64,000 nt of DNA from Balanoglossus misakiensis (GCA_040954595.2 CM082592.2:3736735-3800734), one strand, 5' to 3'; shown: positions 8,375-18,491, numbered from the stretch's first letter. Notes: generated by a model not told the origin, from the letters alone. Numbers and translations are program-made.

Positions 8375-9618
8375 CGTGGGGTACACATCCCACAGAGGCC
8401 ATCTTCAAAAGCAGTCAAATTGTAACATTCTTGTGACCCGCCTCTGCAAACGCGGATGGTTGGAAAATCTGGCTGATCAATGTATAATGCCACACCATGA
8501 CTAGGATATAACAGCGGTATTTTTACCAATCTATATGAATGACAGAGACCACACCTCGGAGTTAACGTGTCTTGTTCTAAATAGTACGTATATCCCGGAG
8601 CTCTGTTTTTTATATGCAAACAGGTTAGCACGCCGTAGCAATGTCGACAAAAAATAACGCTGGTGCGGTGAGCGATTGTAAACTGGACCTCTTCGCGGAC
8701 ATTGATCGCGCGTTTTAGTTTGGCGAGAATCAATCTATCCATGTCGTAAAAGAATTTAACCTGTCCCGCTCGGCCGTGTAGTAATAGTATCGCCTTGATA
8801 AGCCTCTTTTGCCACAGGCCTAACCGACGTATGAGACCGTTTACTGATTTTGAATTGTAATCAGTCAACTGTTGTCGAAGAAGGTGCAGGCGTGTCAAGA
8901 AGTGTCTATCGTTTGCAGATTCTCTATGGAAAGCCACGAGATTCAATGGCCAAGACCATACCATTCGCTCATAAACATGTTTGAGGGTGGTAGGTAGATG
9001 GGCGGCCGAAATCCGAGGCATCCTATTCAGAATAATTTTACATAATTGTCTATGGGTGGGTGTCCTGAGCTTGGGAATACATCGTTTCAATTTTGCTTTG
9101 AAAGAATCAGAGTCACACGTGCTTAGATGAAGGACAGTCGAGAGTCTCTTCACCGAACAAACATTCCCTTGGTAGTTGTGGAACAATGAGCCACTCCATT
9201 GCATCGTTGGCTCGGCTAGCTTGTCATAAAAGTGGATTAACACGAGTAACCTAATCCAGTTAGGATGTTGCAGGCACCATTCAGTGGTTAACGACAACCG
9301 TGTTATACGGTTGTGTACCCGCTGCAATATAGAAAGAATATCTGTCCATTGATTTTCTCTCACTAGATTATTTAGTCCGTGCGTGTCTTTACAATCAATC
9401 GCAAACGTCACAAAGTCATTTACAAAATCCCTCGTATTGGGTGTCTGCACTCCGGGGAAAGTGATGCTTGCGCGATTGAAGCAAGACTGGAATAAGTCCA
9501 TACCTAATGCGCGGGGGGGAGCTAATGCGTCGATTTTATGAATGTCGTGTGTTAAATATGTCATACACAGCGTGCGTGTACAGTTCAAAGTTCCCTTATG
9601 TGAGAACAGAAATACCAC
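8353..9618 (-). CDS. Protein with four C-terminal Cys pairs, similar to beta/gammaherpesvirus UL49/ORF66/BFRF2 late-transcription factor (true start may be ATG 9564 or 9501)
   Basis: IFCRHC, RCGLCHSYRLVKIPL, VCRGGSQEC and LCGMCT follow the order and context of the four Cys pairs recalled for KSHV ORF66; size is similar. Confidence 0.55.
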   Translation of the reverse strand: MVFLFSHKGTLNCTRTLCMTYLTHDIHKIDALAPPRALGMDLFQSCFNRASITFPGVQTPNTRDFVNDFVTFAIDCKDTHGLNNLVRENQWTDILSILQRVHNRITRLSLTTEWCLQHPNWIRLLVLIHFYDKLAEPTMQWSGSLFHNYQGNVCSVKRLSTVLHLSTCDSDSFKAKLKRCIPKLRTPTHRQLCKIILNRMPRISAAHLPTTLKHVYERMVWSWPLNLVAFHRESANDRHFLTRLHLLRQQLTDYNSKSVNGLIRRLGLWQKRLIKAILLLHGRAGQVKFFYDMDRLILAKLKRAINVREEVQFTIAHRTSVIFCRHCYGVLTCLHIKNRAPGYTYYLEQDTLTPRCGLCHSYRLVKIPLLYPSHGVALYIDQPDFPTIRVCRGGSQECYNLTAFEDGLCGMCTPRCGIHDS

Positions 9619-9869
9619 AAGTAAACATGCAATGGACGTGAATACAAGAACGCTCTTTTATTCGCTCGTTCAGGTATACATTTTCTTGTTATGTTTCAAC
9701 CTCGTACAAACAAAAATACCACAAGTAAACATGCAATACCGCAAAAGAAATATTGGACGGTACGCTGGCAAACCGCCCTCTACCGGCGGATTTAGAATTA
9801 CTGTCTGAATGAGGGTAAGTGATTGTGCTTAGTTGAGTAAGTAGAGGTCTGCTATGTGTCGACGCCCTT

Positions 9870-10832
9870 TTAAATTAACTGCACCGCTAAATATATACTC
9901 ATGAATATGGAAGAACAAATACATAAAGGGTAAACTACCGACGACCACCGCCACAGGGCAGACTTGGACACATCAGGAATGACTTCAAATGTTAGGTCAA
10001 CCGCCGGATCTTTGTAAGCAGCATCGCATTCTGGGGGTTCGCAACAACTTAAGTATATTGTCAACGTTGAATGATCGTCACTCGCCCAGTCTTCGACCAG
10101 ACAACAAGTATAATTGTACTCGTAATAAGTGTACAAAATCTCGTGTAACATGCATAACCGTTTGTACAAATGATACGTCTCGAAAGAATCTTGCAATTTC
10201 GCAACTATCTTATAACAATGAGTCAAATGACCAACTGGGTCATCCACACTGTCGTATCTGGTGATCTGTCCATTCACACAGTTTTCGATAGTCTGGTACA
10301 TGTCTGTCCCTTTCATATCTTCTTTCTCTTGACTATAATAACATGTACTCGCCCTTGTGTTGAAATCTGCTTCCAAGCGTATCACCAACCTCCTGTATAA
10401 TTTTGACTTTAGAACTGTTACATCGAAGCACATACTGTAGGTTCTTTCAAACATTTTCAAAGAATAGACTAGACTTCCTATGTCACATCTGTCAACTTGT
10501 CGCTGATCGCTACTACACATTATAAAATACATGGTATACAGACCGTCTTCGTTTGCACAAAGAGAGTGATCTCTTCCCGACAACAATTTTAAATTGAACG
10601 GGTGCCGGGCCAGTCCAAATATCAAAACGTCCATTATATCACGGTCTGATACAACGTCGGTTTCCGGAAGTTTTTCAAACCAGACGGGCCATGTTGACAC
10701 GCTTAAGTTAGATTTGGCAACGTGTACATCGTCTAACATATATTCCGTGTTCGGATGTTGTTTAGATTGGGAATCACTTGAAACTGCGTCTGAAATCGCA
10801 TAGGCTCTATTCGACCACGCAGGGTTGTCCAT
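9870..10832 (-). CDS. Membrane protein with C-terminal transmembrane anchor
   Basis: 320 aa ending in VVYPLCICSSIFMSIYLAVQLI; Cys-rich body. Confidence 0.75.
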   Translation of the reverse strand: MDNPAWSNRAYAISDAVSSDSQSKQHPNTEYMLDDVHVAKSNLSVSTWPVWFEKLPETDVVSDRDIMDVLIFGLARHPFNLKLLSGRDHSLCANEDGLYTMYFIMCSSDQRQVDRCDIGSLVYSLKMFERTYSMCFDVTVLKSKLYRRLVIRLEADFNTRASTCYYSQEKEDMKGTDMYQTIENCVNGQITRYDSVDDPVGHLTHCYKIVAKLQDSFETYHLYKRLCMLHEILYTYYEYNYTCCLVEDWASDDHSTLTIYLSCCEPPECDAAYKDPAVDLTFEVIPDVSKSALWRWSSVVYPLCICSSIFMSIYLAVQLI

Positions 10833-10948
10833 GTTGGGTTCCCCTCTTGAGAGAATGCGACCACGGCAGGTGTTACGTCACCCAACTGAAGACCATTCAC
10901 AGACATTAATAACATCAAAAGAAAAGGGGTCGTCATTGTCACCAGCAT
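10733..10948 (-). CDS. Short signal-peptide ORF, possibly the frameshifted N-terminus of 9870-10832
   Basis: MTTPFLLMLLMSVNG signal-like sequence; TATTAA 49 nt upstream; overlaps the next ORF in another frame. Confidence 0.4.
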   Translation of the reverse strand: MLVTMTTPFLLMLLMSVNGLQLGDVTPAVVAFSQEGNPTWTTLRGRIEPMRFQTQFQVIPNLNNIRTRNIC

Positions 10949-11031
10949 GTGTATGTGTGTTGGTAGAGTACGATTGTAGATAACGTATAAATTAATATAT
11001 GCACATTAATAATTCGGGAGGTGTTATTCTT

Positions 11032-12357
11032 TTACAGGCAACAACACAGCGATGCAAGCGGTGAACACAGGTCGTTACACAATTGTTTAGCCTTAGAAGG
11101 AAATTGTTGATGAATGTCTTTAACTATGGATTTTTCAACCACAAAATGTATAGGTTCCCTGGACGATTTTATCCCAATATCCTTTTTTTTTATTGGTTGT
11201 AAATTGGCCATGTCCTGAGACGAGGGTTTACAAGTCTTGTATGACGTCAAAGACACAACATTATCTATATGATCCAAAAGGCTACCGTTGTTGTTTTTGT
11301 GTAATATTTGTGCGTGTGCATCATCTTGCTCGAAAAGATAGAATGTTACCGACGAAGAATAAATGTCACTTTCGTGAAGATGTGCACGGTCTGGTCCGAT
11401 TTCAAAATGTTTTTCGATGACTATTGCGACTCTATCATTACAGTGGTTTTTCATCGCCCTTAACACGGACGGTTGCAGTTGCTGCAGACGCAACGAATCT
11501 TTACGGCTGAAATTCCGTGGGGTCAGAGGATCATCCAAAACAGAGGTTGTGGCGGAACACATGACTGCAACGACTTGTTTTAACAGAGGCAGTAAACCGT
11601 CTTCCGGTGACATTAGGCGATGGATGTAATTTCTGTACGCAGACCGAGTGATGAATGGGTTATTCGTAGACATGCATACTTCATGAATAAACCTCTTTAT
11701 CCGCACATACAATTGATCAAACTCTATATATTTTGATTCTTGGGTGATACCAGCGATTATGTTTTTCACCAGAGCAAACAATAGTTGTAGATGTCTTTCC
11801 AGACAACTTATTGCAAATAATGCTGAATAAAAATTGGCCGACAACCACTGTGGTGTAGATTGAATCCAGAAAGGGTCGTCAAAGTCACTGCGTGTACTCA
11901 GTCCATGGCCCGCGAAAGTTTCCACGTCCGTTCTACACTTGACAGCACGTGGTACTTGTAAATGTTTCAGCGAATTCTCGATGGTTACCTTCCATTTTCT
12001 CAACCTCGCATTGTTTATAACATCCACCGTAACGAACGAATGGCATATTCTCCGCAGTGTCCTCATTAATATTTCGTAGAAAGGGTTGTCACTAACATAC
12101 GTAACTCCGTCAAATGTCCATGAAAATACGTAGTAATCAAACCGTTCATATTGAATGTATTCCTCCCAATTCCCTTTCAACGTGTCGTCAAATAGCGAAG
12201 TTATAAGTTCTTCATCCTCGACGTCCTTTAACAGAATGTAAACATCTCGCCTATCCCGACAAGTTCCTAAATTGATAATACTTTCCCACTCTTGACAGTT
12301 TTCTTTGCAAGGAACAGGGCCTACTATGAGTTCGGGAGGTTGTTTGACAATATCCAT
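11032..12357 (-). CDS. Viral hypothetical protein (~441 aa)
   Basis: Long ORF with first ATG at 12357; no family recognised. Confidence 0.8.
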   Translation of the reverse strand: MDIVKQPPELIVGPVPCKENCQEWESIINLGTCRDRRDVYILLKDVEDEELITSLFDDTLKGNWEEYIQYERFDYYVFSWTFDGVTYVSDNPFYEILMRTLRRICHSFVTVDVINNARLRKWKVTIENSLKHLQVPRAVKCRTDVETFAGHGLSTRSDFDDPFWIQSTPQWLSANFYSALFAISCLERHLQLLFALVKNIIAGITQESKYIEFDQLYVRIKRFIHEVCMSTNNPFITRSAYRNYIHRLMSPEDGLLPLLKQVVAVMCSATTSVLDDPLTPRNFSRKDSLRLQQLQPSVLRAMKNHCNDRVAIVIEKHFEIGPDRAHLHESDIYSSSVTFYLFEQDDAHAQILHKNNNGSLLDHIDNVVSLTSYKTCKPSSQDMANLQPIKKKDIGIKSSREPIHFVVEKSIVKDIHQQFPSKAKQLCNDLCSPLASLCCCL

Positions 12358-12544
12358 AGTCAATTCAAAGACTCTCAAAGCAGTCTGTTAATGGTCTCAT
12401 ATTGACGCAAAGTAGAATTACGGCTATGAATAAAAGAATTACTGTTAAATTGATTGTTTTGTCCAAAACGTTTTGAATCTGATATCAACGTGACAGGCGA
12501 ACCATGTCGGGCGAAACTGGCTGATATCAGTAATGTTTACAGTT

Positions 12545-12870
12545 GTTGCTGATTGGTTGAACCATCTTCAATCATCTGCTCACTTGCAAAACAGAATAAC
12601 AAACTGAACAGTATCGGGAATTTCAGAGTTTGGGTGGGAAATTTTCCAACAACATTGTATTGTAGACACACAGAGACACGATTAGAACAGAATATTGAAG
12701 GAGATTGATTATTGATGCGTGTGACATTGCAGAGGGCGTTCAGTTGACTTCAAATACACGGTAGCCACCATGCAAATTTAGTCACCGTTTCCATGGAAAG
12801 TTGAGATGAAGCCAATCACATATTTTGGCGGGGTGGCCGAATGATCGGGGAATACACTATAAAAAAAACA
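12545..12870 (+). promoter_or_regulatory. Pol II-type promoter region with kappaB-like sites, CCAAT and TATA
   Basis: GGGAATTTCA at 12616-12625, GGGAAATTTTCC at 12636-12647, CCAAT at 12812, GGCGGGG at ~12827, TATAAAA at 12858. Confidence 0.4.
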
Positions 12871-13196
12871 AGACAGTGAACACCCATGTGTTTTCTTTAT
12901 TTACATACATTTAAATGCGAACTAAAGACCCCGAACCCAGATAGCCCTTCTATAGACCGGACTTTGAAACAGCCATGCCCCTAATTGTTCTGACCCTAAA
13001 AGATGTACAAGTTGGCACGTTTGTCCTTGAATTAGCTCGTGGATGACATCGACTGTAGTATCATGTCGCGAGTTCGACAGGTATGTTCACGGTGTACCTA
13101 CTTAAACGAGTAGGTTTAATTAAAAGTCACCACAACGCTCAACTACTTTCTACGTAAACGATCGGCGTTCATACTGTTCGAGAAGCTATCAGCAAA

Positions 13197-13634
13197 ATGA
13201 CAGAACGGGCCTCTGTTCGAAACGGACAAGTATTTTATGTGTGCACAACGCTAGACTGCGAAGCTGTCGGTTTCAAATCTCTCGATGGACTCTGTTGTAG
13301 GTGTTACGCACTGAAGGCCCCGAACCCAGATAATCCTTGTACAGACCGGACTTTGCAACAGCCACCGGGTAATGCCACCCACTGTTCTTACCCTGCTTGT
13401 TCCAACGTCGCCGTGTCGGAAAATATCCTATTATGCCGTGTATGTCTAACCATCTTAGACGAAAAGGGAAAGACACCCGGCAAAGAAAGACGCATGTCAA
13501 CAATCAAAGAATCCACCACAGAAGACAATCCCTCTGTACCCAAAACTCTGTGCAGGTTTCCGGCTTGTACCCACTTCGGCAACGAAGATTGCGTGGGATA
13601 TTGTAACGAATGTTATAAAGTGTTGACGAAATAA
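13197..13634 (+). CDS. Protein with three A20-type zinc fingers; the last is TNFAIP3 ZnF7-like
   Basis: Three C-x4-C-x11-C-x2-C motifs; the last reads CRFPACTHFGNEDCVGYCNEC. aaaATG start; AATAAA at 13695. Confidence 0.9.
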   Translation: MTERASVRNGQVFYVCTTLDCEAVGFKSLDGLCCRCYALKAPNPDNPCTDRTLQQPPGNATHCSYPACSNVAVSENILLCRVCLTILDEKGKTPGKERRMSTIKESTTEDNPSVPKTLCRFPACTHFGNEDCVGYCNECYKVLTK

Positions 13635-13779
13635 TAGGATTTGACGCTTCCATAGTTTCGTTGTGGACACACTTGACAGCATTCAAAAACTGGCAATAAA
13701 ATGACCAACATAACTAATATTTTTTTCGTCTATTGTCTTTTGTAGTAAGGTCGCAATGCTTTCCCAGCATGCACGTGTC

Positions 13780-14655
13780 TCATTTGATCCCCGTGCATGA
13801 CTTGTTAAAGACATGTCTTCGACGACAGTATGTGGACTTCCCATATTTATGTGCTGTTATCTTCGGATTTAGTTTGTGAAGATGGTATTTAAGTTCGCAG
13901 TAAAATAATGCAATTTCTGATTCCATAATTTTTAGAACAGTCTTCAGTAGTGGCCAACATCTCGTTAAAACAACCACTAATATTATTCCTTTATACAAGA
14001 GAAATTCGAACACGTATTGGAGGCCAGCCACGGCGCAAATATCGGTCATGACAGTAGGGTTGCAATCTCCACGAAGTGACACCCAAAAAAGTAACTGAAG
14101 TGGGTAGTACATGACATATCTCGAAAGTGTAATACTTTTGTACCACTGCAAATCTGCACACAACCCACCGGCCCCGACACCTCTCTGTATCCAATAAATG
14201 ACATCTTGCCACCAATTGCGGATGTTCGCGCAACCACCACGTGTGTTGAGAGCTGCCATGGCATCGAATATGTCCATATGCCAAGCGATTTCCGAATGAA
14301 TAGGTTTTCCAGAAAAACAATGTCCTTCAAAACACCTTTTGAATTTCTCAAAACCTACGGCTAAAGGATCTATGATTCCTCTCAAATCTTTCACAATAGC
14401 GCTCAAAACAACACCTAAACCACCAGTGATTTCCTTGAACAACTTCACGAGAAACAATCCTATGATTGAAACGACAGCTGTTGCCAGCGCGATGTACAAA
14501 TATGAATTCCAAGGTGCAAATCTGTAAAGAGTCCGACATACAGCTTTTGTGAGATGCCAAGCGGAAAGCTGGTGTTTCACAGTATCCTTATGTCTGTATA
14601 TCTGAGCCTCGTACTGGTACACGACTTTATCGTCTGCCTTGTGCCCTAAAACCAT
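13780..14655 (-). CDS. Cys-containing membrane protein with N- and C-terminal hydrophobic segments
   Basis: TMs LYIALATAVVSIIGLFLV and FLLYKGIILVVVL; first ATG at 14655; head-to-head with the terminase. Confidence 0.75.
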   Translation of the reverse strand: MVLGHKADDKVVYQYEAQIYRHKDTVKHQLSAWHLTKAVCRTLYRFAPWNSYLYIALATAVVSIIGLFLVKLFKEITGGLGVVLSAIVKDLRGIIDPLAVGFEKFKRCFEGHCFSGKPIHSEIAWHMDIFDAMAALNTRGGCANIRNWWQDVIYWIQRGVGAGGLCADLQWYKSITLSRYVMYYPLQLLFWVSLRGDCNPTVMTDICAVAGLQYVFEFLLYKGIILVVVLTRCWPLLKTVLKIMESEIALFYCELKYHLHKLNPKITAHKYGKSTYCRRRHVFNKSCTGIK

Positions 14656-14727
14656 GGCGCCCAGTGGTATCTCAAGATATAATATATTTATCACGTTATT
14701 AATGTGTAAAAATATTCTCTACCGGTC

Positions 14728-15432
14728 ATGGAGGCAGACAAGCTCAGCCCATTTGTCAGAGATGCCCAGAGAATGGACGCTCTCATTACACAGTGTAGAC
14801 AACAACAAGACCAACTTAGGGGTGTGTTTTTAAGAAAACACGCGTACAAGGAAAACTATATGTTTTCTCGCGTTGAAGACGTAGACGCGAGACTGTCTTT
14901 AATGAAAAGGGCTATACAAACCATCCGATTGTTATGCAAGGGGAAACAATTTACGTTCGAACCTTTCCAGGAGGAGATGTGTAGGGCCATAATGTTAAGT
15001 CGCTTACGACATTTTTTTGGTGAGGAATCTAAAAAGTTTTTCTTGCCTGTGATGAAATACCTAGGTATAATTTCAGCACACTTTGACGAGCGAACATGCG
15101 ACAGAATCAACCTATCGAGAGTACGTAGCCAAATAGAAGAATATAACCATAAGTTTATCGTTGTCATGGTACCGAGACGCTCTGGTAAAAATGCCACCGC
15201 GCAAATTATTGCCACGACACTTTTATTGTACGAACCAAATTGTTCAATCATAGTTTGGGCTCAAGACATGAACTGTGCGTTACTGAACAAAGAAGGTATA
15301 TGTGAAAATCTATCGCTGCTCAAGACAATATCTGACATACCATTCGATTTTCGCGTTTCCGGGGATACGGTGACAGTCGTAAGATGTGATGGTAGTAAAG
15401 GCACTCTGCGCGTAAAGCCTAATTCGCCTAAT
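14728..15432 (+). CDS. DNA-packaging terminase ATPase subunit, exon 1 (herpesvirus UL15/TRM3-like)
   Basis: FEPFQ adenine-binding Q motif; hydrophobic strand plus Walker A FIVVMVPRRSGK; IIVWAQ strand. Ends KPNSPN|GTAAGT, a phase-0 donor at 15433, 81 codons after the Walker A Lys. Confidence 0.85.
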
Positions 15433-16009
15433 GTAAGTGTAAACACATTCCATCTACTATTATGTATTTGCATTGTATCCAGTTTACATTTTGTGTTCAA
15501 TATTTATTTCATTATTGCGTACACTTGGATGGTCATCTCAATGTAGTTGTATTTGTAGAGGCCTATGGCAACTGGCCATGGCGAAAAGATAAAGGTGCCA
15601 CGCTCGACACTCTATCACTATTTGATTTACGTTTGTGTATGGGTTCGAATGGCACAAAAGTCACAGGACGCAAATGTTTAGATCACAGTGTATCATTTTA
15701 TTGCGTGTCATACCGATATACAAAGTTAGTACGTACAATTAAACGCTTTCTTAAAGAGTCAGTCAGTGTACTAATCTCAAAATGTGGTCGCTATCCATTC
15801 ACACATGGATCATGCTTCCTTTGTCCCAATGATCGTAAAATTCATCCCATCACACCTGTTTAGATGTGTACAAATCAGCCGTCGAGAGTTCACAAATACT
15901 ATTCTACTTAATCGCCATATAATGGTCACGAGAGGGCGCCGTCGCTTGCTGTTTTGTTAGTACAGCACAGGTCAATCAAGGTCATCTATTGTGTTCTGTC
16001 ACAGTCCGT

Positions 16010-18082
16010 TCAATTGGCAAATGCGAGGCAATTCATTCTTCGCGCTTGGCTGGCACACGACACTGCGTCAGTGGGTAGTTTAAGATGATCATATATTTCA
16101 TCAAATCGACGTTTAAACGACTCTTGCATCACCGCTACATTTCTTTGGTGCATTTCCATTTGCCTGGCCTGGGACGCGACCGTCTGCGTTAACTCATCTA
16201 CTTTCGAATTGAGCTGTGCCTTATCAGACTCCAATTGGACTATGCGCATTTCTCGCTCTTTTAGCATAGCCATTACATTCTCCGCGGCTGCTGATTGCTC
16301 CCTACAGTTTTCCAACTCGGAACGGAGCGACTCGATAGCAGCTGCTTGTTCCGCACTATGTTCTTGGTGACGTGAAATGGCATTGTACAGACAAGCGCCC
16401 TGTTTCGAGTTGAGAAACTGTACGATAGCTTGAAAGTTCTCATGACTATTCCTTGTACGGGGGCTGTCTTTCACAAATTCTTTCAATAGTTGACATTCTA
16501 TAGTGGCGATCGTGATATCGCGTTCTGTTTTCTTGAGTAGGCGACTACCGACCTTTTTCGACATGCCTGATGTGATCTCGTCAACGCCGAATACAACAGT
16601 GGCGCCTGCCAACACCGAGGACATGGCAGTGACGTAGCAACCTAACACAGTATAGCCGAATTTATCATACTGTGTGCACAAGTCGACGCGTGAAGAGTTG
16701 GAATATTGCGGTTTTGAGCGAATGATTCGGGCCACGGTGGAAACAATCGCACTATTCTGACATGGTTCGTTGTTTTGACCGGATAATCCTAACGGACACT
16801 TGAATTTAGTTCCAGATCTGCTTTCTATCAGTTTTATTGCGATTCGTTTTGTTGGGCCAGACGATTCGATTACTTCAATGGTTGGGTTGTCCGGGATAAT
16901 TGCGTCGTTAGAAACGGTTACATTTATCACTTTGCAATCTTCTAAGGGTTTCATAATCTTAAACCAATAAATTGTCGCTGGATACACTTGTTCACCAACG
17001 TGCATGTAGTACAAATTGTTCTTTAATTGTGGGGGCAATTTATCGCAATCTCCATACAGCACAGGCATCCCAACCACAGCCGCGGCAGAATTTATGTCAT
17101 CCTCTGTCGACAGTTGAATCAAAGGAGGGGTTTTCGAGTCCAAGAAATCGCATACATAATTCTTGTTCCGTTTACAGTCTTTCATTCGCTTGCGCTTGGC
17201 AGTTACCGAAGTATTGTCTCCCAACAGCGAAAACTGATCGTTTCCACATTGCACAGTAATAAGGTTCCAGGCCTCTTTCGGAGATAGCACGTGATAATGC
17301 CCGTCTTTCATTAAAGCGATGCACGGAAAATCATTGCTTTGACCTTTCTGTAACATGTATGATATAGGTGTTCTGATTGCGTCGTGAAACTCTTTCATAC
17401 AGTCATTATCGCTTGTGTATAATGACAGAATAGCACCAAAATTGCCGCGAATGGTCAAATGGCGTTCCGCGTCGTTCGATTGGTCTGGTATTAAATCCTG
17501 AGTATAAGACATCGGACTTTGTGCGTCGAGCGGGGGGTGAATTTCAGCGGCAGATGCGCGAATTTCCTCTGGAACTTGATAACTGGTGCATGGATGAGAA
17601 ACTGCAGTGGCATTCTCTGACGGCCCCGGGTTATATTGTTCAGTGTGGTTGTCGGATCCACCGTGCCGGTCCGCGTGATAGAACGGAGAAGAGTCTATCG
17701 AACTGGGTTCATTATGGACTAAGAATTCGGTCGTTGCCTCTGTGGCATTCACGCTCGGGGCCTGACGGGTATGATCTGATACGCCTAGCAACAAATCTAT
17801 GATGTTTGGAGACTCGTTCACCATTTCGGCCGAAAAATCTTGTTCAATATCGTCTCCAAATAAAAAGTCTTGGACGGTGGTATAAGGCTCATCGCTCGAT
17901 ATATCAGGAGCCATTTCTACATCACAAGCCTGTATGACAAAAAATGAGGAAATGTATTAACAGTTGTGCGAAGACACAGTGGGTTAACAAACAAAATGCG
18001 TTTAATGTGTATATGTACTCACGGGAATTTGAACCTGTCGGAGTACCGTCTGTAGAAAATCACTATAATCGGTTTGAGCCAT
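16010..18082 (-). CDS. Spliced hypothetical protein (~659 aa; exons 18082-18023 and 17929-16010) with C-terminal coiled-coil
   Basis: 93-nt GTGAGT...TACAG intron joins MAQTDYSDFLQTVLRQVQIP in frame to ACDVEMAPD; TATAAA 42 nt upstream of the ATG. Confidence 0.8.
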
Positions 18083-18491
18083 CTTCAATAATAAGCTGTA
18101 CTCGTGGTTGACGTTCGCTTTATACATGTGCAACGTGTGTTCACATCAACATGCATGGGTTAAATTCATGTATGTTGTTGTGTATCCATCCCAGTTTACG
18201 TGTAGGCCGTCGCGATCACGTGACAAAATACGAGGTCATTATTACCACCACAAGCTACATATAAGCTGCCGTGACCACGTTATGTGTATGTATTTGTATG
18301 TATAAATTACTTCATGTACGTGATGTGTAACTATAAAGGTGATGTAGTTACATCGAGACACCATCTTAGTACACACACACTGCACAACTTGCATAAAATG
18401 TAGTTCATACACGTATACAAGCACGGTGTTTTGTATCAAAAATAGTTTAATAACAGCTATTCTACAATGACTTTAACAACCACTGTAAGTA

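Noticed and set aside
15433-15863. Terminase read-through to 15546, or ORF 15462-15863 as exon 2
   Set aside because: No RG or Walker B hhhhDE motif in the frames checked; the sequence looks intronic.
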